A DNA stretch of 64,000 nucleotides from NCBI RefSeq assembly GCF_009914755.1, contig NC_060926.1; one strand, written 5' to 3'. Under the pieces are notes generated by a model, which did not search any database, was not told the DNA's origin, and saw nothing but the letters and a program-made list of their open reading frames with translations. Both the position numbers and the translations under genes were made by a program. The DNA is from the human T2T-CHM13v2.0 reference genome, Homo sapiens. Below, piece after piece: positions 53,319 to 64,000 of the stretch (its first letter is position 1; each line of letters begins with the position of its first letter).

Positions 53319-55839
53319 CCCACTGCCACTCCAACCTTCAACAACCACCAGCCTGATCCACCAGCCACTGTCAACATAGAGACAAGGCCCTCCACCGGCA
53401 ATAAGATTATGACTAGCTGAAGGCTCAGATGATCACTTGCATTTCTGGCAATAAAGTATTTTTTAATTAAGATGTGTACATTGTTTTTTAGACACAATGT
53501 TATTGCACACTTAATAGACTACAAGATAATGTAAACATAACTTCTATTACATTGGGAAAACAAAAGTGTGTGTAACCTGCTTTGTTGCAATATTCATTTT
53601 ACTATGGTGGCCTAAAACTGAATCCGCAACATCTCAGAGGGATGCTGGAACTTACTACATGGGGCACTTCTCAGAACTCTGTTAGTTCAGATAAGGTGGA
53701 GCATTGAGTCTGGATTCTGATAATTCATGGTCATGTCACCTTGGCCACTTTACTCCTTGTGCTTGCTTCCTCATCCACAAACAAAACAGATCAAACCTCA
53801 TAGAGCTGCAGAAAAATCAAATGAAAAAAATTAACGTAAAGCACTTTGCATGGTGTCTGGCACATAGTAACTCTCAGCAACAGTGGGCTCTTTCCAAGAT
53901 GATCATGACCACCCCTTACTCCTCACACTGACAGAGCCAGAAGACACTCAATGCATAGCACTATTTATGGGACACAACCTCTGCCCTGAAGAATCTGTGA
54001 AAGCAAAAAAGGATTACACATAATCAGAGACCTAATGATTCTTAATGTCCTGGTTGTCCAACTCCATCCACAACAGTTGATCTCCCAATTCCTTGATGAG
54101 TCATCATGTTTTCTAACTTCCTCAGCAAACAGCACAACCTTGTTCCATCACCAGCTTCCCCATCTTAACACGTTGCCACACCTCTGCTTGCCTTTCCTAA
54201 CCTAGAGACTCTACCTCCCCGTCCTGTCCTTCCCAGCAATTCCCCTTCTTATACACCCCTGCAGTTATGTACCCCAGAAAAATTAGCCCAATCAGTGTTA
54301 TCTTGTAATTCATTTACGTGGGGTACGAGAGCATGAGTGAGCAGAGTGTGTATGCATGTGCACGCGTGTGTGTGTGTGTGTGTAATAGATGCCAGATGCA
54401 TCCCTCAGTGCAAGTCTCCTGACCTCTCAGAGCCTTGGTTTCCTCATCTAGAAAATGAGGCTATTCACTTCCACATTGAAGGGTTGTTGTGAGGATGGAA
54501 TGAAAACACACATATCAAGTAAGTGCCTAGCACAATGCCTGGCATTAACACTACTGAAGATAAACATGTTCATGCTAAATAAGAAGGAGCTTGCTGCAAA
54601 TTCCTTACTTAGGAGAAGATTTGCAGTTCTATTGGGCAGGATAACTCCTTATTAGCTAAAATTAAATCCCCATACCTCCTTGAGAATTACCTCTCTGAGC
54701 ATTTTCACTCTGAGTTCGTCCCAGCTAGAGCTGGCAGGATTTGTGCAATGTACATATACTTGTGAAATTCAAGCACACTGTCTCTTGCTGACAGACTATA
54801 ATGACTGTAATAAACAGGGAAACCTCTGTTCTAATAAACAAGTAATTACAGTTGACAATAAATGTGTAAACATGATGCTAATTAGCAAATTGTCTCATAG
54901 CTGCTTCCAGCTTGGGGACACGTGTACACATGCCCTGAAATATGGATAAGATGGGTCACCATTCTATGTTCTCATCCATAGGTATATAAAGATGTGGGCA
55001 ATAAGTACCACCTTCTTTGTCAAATCTTTTTTTTTTCCTTTCTATAGAAAGTATTATCTTTTTCACTCCAGAAAAAGAGGTCATTTTAGCATCTTGGTTT
55101 CCTATGTAATCCCTTTAAACTCAGGTTTTCTAGTAACCTTGGGGGACTGTGATTTATTATACAAAGTGCCTTTAGATCCATGAACACTGGCCTCATTACC
55201 TGGGTTCTTTCCAAACTTAGATACGAAGACACGGCCTGTCGATCCTTGGGATTTGAGAGCAGTAGGTGATGAAGGGCTGAAAGGAGGAGGTGGTTAAGAT
55301 TAATAAACAGTGTTAAACCAGCAAATTGTCTTTATTGAACCAAAAAAAGAGATAAACCACACAGGGAGACAATGACCCGAATGGAGTTTCCGTCCTGCTT
55401 TCCGGCAAAGGGGCTGTTGCTTGAAGCTTCTCTTCTAAAGCAGACAGAATTTCCACTTCTACTTCCCTAGAGATGGGCTGCAAGTTATTTTCAGTAAGAA
55501 GCAGCCACAATTAATTCCCTGGCCAAGAGCAAAAATCCTGGAGGCCTTATGTATAAACATTTTTCTAAAGATTCCTCTCTTTTATTTTCTTTAATTTTTT
55601 TATTGACATGGGGAGTAAAGGAAAGACAAGCATGATTTTTTGCTAATCCCTTTTCTAACATTTTTATTCCTTCAATAATAGTCCTCATGAGTATCACTTT
55701 CTTTTCTTTTGTCCCCTTTCACTCATCCTTCCAAAACCATAACCTTCAAGAAATTTCCATGGATTAAGAGGTAGGGAGAAGAAGTATTATCCAGTGGTTA
55801 AAGACACTGACTTTTGATTTGATCCTGGCTCCTTCACTG

Positions 55840-56260
55840 TTTCAGTCGGATAGGTTAGGTTACGCTGCAGTAACAAGCAGCACCAAATTTTCAGTTTCTG
55901 AACACAATAAAAGCTTATTTTACCTTTATACCAAGTCAGTGCAGGTCCAGGTGACTCTGTAGGGCAACCACCTTCATGCAGTGGGTCAGCAATCCACATC
56001 TCTTCAATCTTTTGGCACCTCCATTTCAACAAATGCCTCCATGACTGCTGGAGCAGAGGAATAAAGCATTAAAGCCCACATGAGAGCTCTTACATGTGTC
56101 AGCCTAGAAGCACCTTATCACTCAAAGTCACAACACATTGGCAAAACTAGTCACAAGACCCTACCCAATTGCCAAGAAAGATGGAAAACAAAGTTTTCCA
56201 TGTATCTAGGAAGAGGAAGAGAATTGAAAATATTGGTGACCACTGGTATTAGCTACCACA
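55840..56260 (-). mobile_element. Old MLT1 (J/K-like) LTR inserted in MIR
   Basis: aggttacgctgcagtaacaagc...cattggcaaaactagtcacaag...ctaccaca; MIR resumes after it. Confidence 0.6.
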
Positions 56261-56704
56261 GCCACTTACCAGCTGTTTGATCTTGGGCAAGACTTAATTC
56301 TCTGAGCCTCAGTTCCCTCAACTGTAAAATGTGAAAAACAAGAGTATCTAACATATAAGTTGTTGTGAAGATTAAATGAAGTAAAGCATCTTAAGTGTTT
56401 ACCATAGAGTCTGGCACATAATGTGTTCAAGAAATGGGAGGCACCTTCATCAAATGTATCATGGTTAGTATACTTTTTACTTGCTTAGAAAATAGGGAGA
56501 AGAGGTTGGCAGAGATTGGAAGGAGAGAGAGAGAATAACCTGCAAATCCATCATTTTAACTACTAGGCTTCTCAAGAAGGCTAGGTCCTAAAAACAGGTA
56601 TGAGTAGATGTTCTTTAGGCTCACAGAGCACTGGGTGTGATCAAAGCATGTGGTACCCGGGCACAACAGTCTCGCACGAGAGGCTCTTGTGCCTCCCACC
56701 TGCC

Positions 56705-57130
56705 TGTTAGTCAGGATCCTTATAGGAACCAGACAACACACTCAGACTTTCTAATGAAGGTACTATTTACAGATGTATAGGTAGAATTAAGAAAACCAAC
56801 ACTGACTCATCTAGGAAGGTACCATCAGTAATGTAATGTCACCTTTAGACCTAAAGGAGCAAAGGGAGGAAGTGGTGTTATGGGGAACCACCCAACAGAA
56901 GCACTAGTCAAAGCTGGATGTAGCGACTGCCAGAACTGTGACAAGTAGGGGAGGAAACAAGAGGAACAAATATCCCAATCTCTCATTCCTCCTCCCTTTC
57001 ATCCCCTGATAATGCCACCCATTGACCAAACCCAACTGAAAGCCACAAGACAGGGAAGCCTGGGTTTCTGGGTCATAGAAATGGCCCCCAGCCCAGAGAA
57101 GTCACCTGGGGTTGGGGACAAACAGTATAC
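56705..57130 (-). mobile_element. ERVL LTR (LTR41-like)
   Basis: ttagtcaggatcc...gtactatttacaga...cccattgaccaaacccaactgaaagcca. Confidence 0.5.
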
Positions 57131-57843
57131 CTGTGCTCCAACTCTCCCTCTCTCTGCACTCTTCTTAGCTGCTGCCTCCTCCTCTCCTTCTTCCTTCTCT
57201 GCTCCTCCCACTTTCACTTTGCTAGGTTGACTGAGCATCTCCTCAGGTGAAAAGTACTTCCTGGATGGTGATAATTAAAGTCAGTACTTCTATCTACCAT
57301 GCGGAGTGAGAAATCCATGGAGTCAGCCCAGAGAGTTCCTGGACAGTCCCATTAGCATGCTGTTGCTGCTGATGCTGCTGCTATCCAAGTCAAAGCACAT
57401 GCACAATTTTTGCCCACAGTTTCTCAGTAAGAGGACTGGGGTAGTGGACATCTGGGGTTTTGTTTGTTTGTTTGTGTTTGTTTGTTTGTTTGTTTATTGG
57501 TGCTCATCATATATTTATCTTATCTTGATGACATTCTTGCTTCTCTCTAGGGTATCATCCTTTCCTCCCCAAGTCTCAGCTCATGTGTTTCAGGTAGAGT
57601 TGACTTGAGCCTGGCTCAGAGGTGGAACATGTGACCTAGGCTTAATCCAATAATTGCGTCCCATTTTCCTATACACAGAAATTGTTTCAGGGGTGGATAT
57701 GTGATGCAGTCAGAGCCAATAAAATGTAGTGAAATTTTGCTAGAAATTCTGGAACAAAGACTTTTCCTAGAGCAGACACTGCAGAAGACATTATGGCTGG
57801 TTGACTTTCCACCAGCCATTCCACCCTAGGTGATCGTCTAAGC

Positions 57844-58064
57844 CAGGATTCTCAACATTACACTATTGACACTTTGGACAAGAGAATTTTTTGTTGTAGA
57901 AGAATTGTCTTGTGCAATCTGGAATGTTTAGCAGCATTTCTGTCATCTACCTACTAGACTGCGGGAGCACCCCACCCCACCCCACTCAGTGACAACCCAA
58001 AATGACTCCAGACTTTGTCAAATGGCCCCAATGGGGCAACATCTCCCCTGATTGAGAACCACTA
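57844..58064 (+). mobile_element. MER20 hAT-Charlie MITE
   Basis: ttctcaac...actattgacactttggac...gaatgtttagcagcat...gtgacaacccaaaatg...ttgagaaccact. Confidence 0.85.
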
Positions 58065-58437
58065 GTCTAAGCTAACTGTGAACATTTTATCCTACTTATC
58101 AGTGGCTGGGTGAGGAATGGGCATGTGATGCAATTCTGTCCCATAAGATGTAAAAAGCCTTCTACGAGATTCTGGGAAACATTTCCTTTTTCTGACAAAA
58201 GAGCAGAAGGGAGAGGTAGTTTCACTTCTTTTTCTGCACATTGCAGTGTCTGAATATGACACTTAAAAATTTAACAGCCATTGTGTAACCATGAGGGAAG
58301 CCATCCTGAGAGAATTGACACTGAAAATGAAGGGGTGGGAAAAACCTGGCATCTCAGCTACATTGTTGAGGTGCTTAATCAACCATTCTGGATCTCACCA
58401 CATCTTTATATTTCTTGTGCACAGAGAAAAATTTCTT

Positions 58438-58754
<317 letters not shown>

Positions 58755-58816
58755 CTAAGCTACTTTGGGGTCAGATTTTCTCCTGTTTGCAGCTCAAATT
58801 ATCCTAACTGACATAG

Positions 58817-59170
<354 letters not shown>

Positions 59171-60008
59171 TGGAAGTTTTCTTCTAATCATGAAGAAAGG
59201 CCCTATCTAAGACTCGAGGATGCAGAGCTGAGGACAGGGAAGAAGTGGATCTTAGTGACAAATGGTTTAGATTTATGAGACAATACGTTTTCTTTGCTTG
59301 GCTTTAGTCCATTAGGGTTGGGGTTTCTGTTGCTTGCAACAGAGTGATTTGACTGATACAGATGGAATAGGAATAGAGTTTCCAGTACCCAAAAGTCACC
59401 CCAGTGAGACAACAGATATAAGTATTTTCAAATTAATCTGAACCCAACAAATAAATCTAATCTATACCAGCAAATAAAGTAGAATGAAGCACTACCCAGC
59501 CCCCTCCCACCCCATACCTTTCCCAAATATAACAAAATACTTCTCCTTAAAATATTAATAAAATTAAGGAAAGTATAGGCCTCAAGTTTGGACACTTGTC
59601 ACAATTTCAAATGCCACCGAATCATTGCAGATACTGCCTGGATGCTTCATACAGATATTTGGTCATAAGAATCATATTAAATCCGTAAAAAGGAAGCGTT
59701 AAAAGGAAATAGATACAACCTATCTAGCCTTCTCATTTTACAGAGGAGGAAATGGAGGCCTAGAGAAGGAAATAATCACTAAGGTCACTCAGTTACTGAG
59801 AGGCAGAGTCAGGACCAGAAGCCACATCTCCTCACTATTCTACCCCAGCTCATTTTCCCTCACCAACTCTATCTGATAGTAGGTCCCATTTTCTGAAATG
59901 ATCCATGTAGAGATTGAGGATTTGGCCTGAAGTGCTAGAAGTCACTATCCCTGCAACCCAATCTCAGTCGGTGGCACCTATGAGAAAACATGCTTTCAAA
60001 TCTCTCTT

Positions 60009-60333
60009 GGCCGGATATGGTGACTCACACCCATAATCCCAGCACTTTGGAAGGCAGAGGAGGGCAGATCACCCGAGGCCAGGAGTTTAAGACCAGCCTG
60101 GCCAACATGGCAAAACCCCGTTCTACTAAAAATACAAAAATTAGGCTGGGCATGGTGGTACACGCCTGTAGTCCCAGCTACACAGGAGGCTGGGGCACAA
60201 AAATCGCTTGAGCCCAGGAGGCAGAGGCTGCAGTGAGCCAGGAGTGGAAATCGCGCCGCTGCACTCCAGCCTGGGCAACAGAGTGAGACACTGTCTCAAA
60301 ATTAATTAATTAATTAATTAAAATAAAATAAAA
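60009..60333 (+). mobile_element. Alu (S/J type)
   Basis: Full dimer, (AATT)n/(AAAAT)n tail. Confidence 0.9.
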
Positions 60334-61227
60334 TCTTCTTCTTGGAGCAGTTGTATCAGCAGCCCTGGGAGGCCTTGGGATAGGTGGGACTGCCACCCTC
60401 CTCTGGGACAGATGGCCAGTCTAGCAAGGCTGGTCTGGCAGCCTGCTGTCCTTCAAGCTGAGTGGAGCCAGCTGGGTGCTGGGGTCAGCGGGGAGGAGAA
60501 GGATGGAACATCCAGAGAATGGCAGGGTGGGAGAATGGGCCCTCCCAGTGGCAGGAGGCATAGACTCTTCTGTGCCACCAAAAATACCATCCAAATTTAA
60601 AGCTGACAACACAGGTGGAGTGGGCGGGCCACTGTGATTTGACGGGTTCTCAGAGGCTCTGCCTGCCTAAAAATATCTCCTCTACCCACCTGCCTGGGAC
60701 ACCGTCCCTTCTTATCAAGCCTGAAATTCCTACCATTAGAGTTGCTAAGGGTTTAGATGACAAAGAACGGGGCATGTTTCCCAGCAGGTCACCATTAAAG
60801 CAGGCTTCCTGGGAGTGGAAGGGAGGCCCTTGAGTCTGCTCCTTTTAGCACAAAGAGCTAATACGGCCAGAAGCTCAGAGGAGGCAGGAGTGGCCTACTT
60901 TACAATTTTGCCTCCTACTGAGATGCCAGTCACTTAATTCATTCATGCCCATATGACCAGGGCCCTGAAGAAATTAGGAAGCAGGCTGTAAAGAAAATAA
61001 GACAATGGGCCCACAAGTAAAGCATCATATTCTGCTTCTCCTTTGCAGTTCCATTTAGGTTTTGCATTTTCTCCTCACGGGAATCTGGGTCCAAGTTGGA
61101 GAACTTTTTTATGTGCTCGGGGCAGCCAGGCATTAGGGTGCACCCAAAGCCCCACAGGACCCCCCAGAGTTTGTTGTTCTCCCTAAGTTCTTCCCCACTT
61201 CTTCTCATCACCACTTCCCCTTGGCTA

Positions 61228-61908
<681 letters not shown>

Positions 61909-63244
61909 TTAAGAAGATGCTTGGTGTAGGCCTTGTTGGTTGGAATTAGGGTGGGTACCTTGACTTAGGTCACATCATTCATTGCTTCATCAATAAGGTG
62001 CACAGGAATAAGACTAGCAAACCCAAGTGAAAAAATTCATTAATGTCAGGCCATTCTGTGGTTGTCTTATCTAGGCCAGACACACCCTGGTGGAGGAACG
62101 GGGAGGGCTTGCCCTTGAAGCTAATGGATGCTCTCATTGTCCATCATCCTGGCAAGAATTTGATTTGACGCTGGCTATAAGGATATAAAGAGGAGAGACA
62201 GAGAGTGGAAAGAAAAAAAAGTGTTCGTTTTCCCCAGAGCAGGGTATGTCTTTATCTGGCGTCCCAAGAGAGGAGTGGGATATTCCCAGTGAGTGCATTT
62301 TGGGGCAGAAGGAAGGCTACCCTTTGCCAAATGTAGGCAGCCCAGGAGCCAAACAAGGAAACAGATCCTAGGGAAGAACCTGATATCGGGCAAGAGTTTT
62401 GGTAATTTTCAGTTTTTATATTTCCTTCCATTAATCTCCGACTTACAGAAAAGTCTCTTTAAGATTTGCAGCCTGGTCTCAGTGATGCTGTAGAGGCTGA
62501 GGGAAGAGTCTGGTACCCATTTGGGACCAAAGAGCAGAGCAGTGGGCAGTGTCCCCTCCCTTGAGACCAGGGAAGTCAAATCAGTGGTAGTAGCAGGGCA
62601 ATCATATCCAGTCGAAACACGGTGAAGGTCAGTGAAGGAGGCAGTGGCTCAGAGATAAGGCAAGAGTAATCATCTCCTGGATTTCTTTCTGGACACATGC
62701 AAGGCAGCACTCTGGGAAACTCTCAGAAACAGTTTGGGGGTCTCTGAGGACTGGGGCTTCAGCTCAGCCACTGGCATTTGAGGGGTTTTATCTTAGACAT
62801 CAAACATGTCCTGCAAGACCCAGCATTGTGTTGGGCTCTAAGGATACAGGGATGAATTCAATATGACCTTCCCACTTAAGTGACTTTACCCTGTCTCTCC
62901 AGGTGCCTGGAACCACAGGACCCTCTATAAGAAAAGGCACCCTGAGTCCTGGCTAAACAGGACCACTCATTTTCCTGTACATTGCCCATATTGCCAGGCC
63001 AATGGCTCAGGTTTAGGGACCACAGGTTTTTAAGATCTCAAAGAGAGGTTTGAGATTATCTGGCCCAAGTCTCCATTTTGGCAGATGTTGAGACATATAT
63101 ATAATACAATCTGTTGGGGAAAAGGGCATCTAGACCTGTCCTTTTTGCAAGTTGATATCAGAGCATCACCCTCACTCAGAAGCAGAGAAAAGGAGGTGAG
63201 TCCTGCAGCCATTGTAAGTTGGGGAGCGTTTGTGTTTCAGTGTG

Positions 63245-63681
63245 ACCATCACGGGGTCTATGCTGAAGCCCTAACCCCCAATTCCAGAGAATGTGACTTC
63301 ATTTGGAAATAAGGTCTTTGTGGATGATTAAGTTAAGAAGAGGTCATTAGGGTGCACCATAATCCAATATGACTAGTGTCCTTATAAAAAGGGGAAATTT
63401 TGAAACAAAGAGATAGACACAGGGGGAATGTCATGTGAAGATGAAGGCAGAGATCACATGATGCAGAGGAAGGCAGGAAGTGCTAATGATTTGCAGCAAA
63501 CCACCAGAAGCTTGACAAGAGGCATGGAGCAGATGCTTCCTCACAGCCCTCAGAAGGAACCAACCCGCCAACCCCTTGATCTCAGATTTCTGGCCTCCAG
63601 AACCGCGAGACAGCAGATTTCCATGGCTTGAGCCGCCCGGTTTGTAGTACTTCATTATGGCAGCTCCAGCAAACAAATACA
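63245..63681 (+). mobile_element. MLT1B/C MaLR LTR
   Basis: gaatgtgacttcatttggaaataaggtctttg...aatccaatatgactagtgtccttataaaa...cagcaaacaaataca. Confidence 0.85.
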
Positions 63682-64000
63682 GATTTATGACCTCGTCTAC
63701 CCGACGAGGATGCCTGGCCCAAGCTGGCATACTAAGAGTTTTCCTGGAACTTGGGAACTGGGACAAAGAGGGACTAAGCCAGCAAGACCGAAAAGCATGG
63801 CAGTCCCAGGACAGCCATGAAAACCATATGTGAATTAATGAGTGAGCAGATTGGAGCAGGTAAGGAGAGGAAGCAGAGATGCCATGGGAGGGAGGTCCTA
63901 AGGCCCCACAAGCCAGAGAGAGCAGCACGGTGGTTGGAGTTTTGGTTCTCTTAACCCCCAGAGGTGCCTTGTGCCTTGTCCATTTCCCTAGAGTCCTCTG

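Overview
Primate (almost certainly human) genomic DNA containing the 5' end of MARCHF4 (MARCH4, RING-CH E3 ubiquitin ligase) on the minus strand. Coding exon 1 is 38378->37863 (172 codons, ending at a GT donor). It is preceded by a very long (about 1.8 kb or more) leader overlapping a CpG island (~39400-40530). About 38 kb of intron 1 lies to the left and about 23 kb of upstream DNA to the right. The rest is mostly interspersed repeats (Alu, L1, L2, MIR, MaLR/ERV LTRs, MER41A, near-complete Tigger1, MER5/20/81) plus a Y3 RNA retropseudogene. The most unusual signal is in the MARCHF4 leader: three upstream ORFs (23, 87 and 23 aa) chained by overlapping stop/start codons (AUGA, then UGAUG), followed by a 52-aa transmembrane-like uORF. 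A palindromic internal TATA box lies downstream of every upstream AUG and could give a uORF-free isoform. Also notable are an expanded REST/RE1 site, a ~680-bp promoter-proximal segment copied into an MLT1F LTR 5.3 kb away, and an Alu whose tail has become an ~800-bp alternating purine/pyrimidine array. Repeat subfamily calls are from memory of consensus sequences, and repeat boundaries are approximate unless target-site duplications (TSDs) are given.
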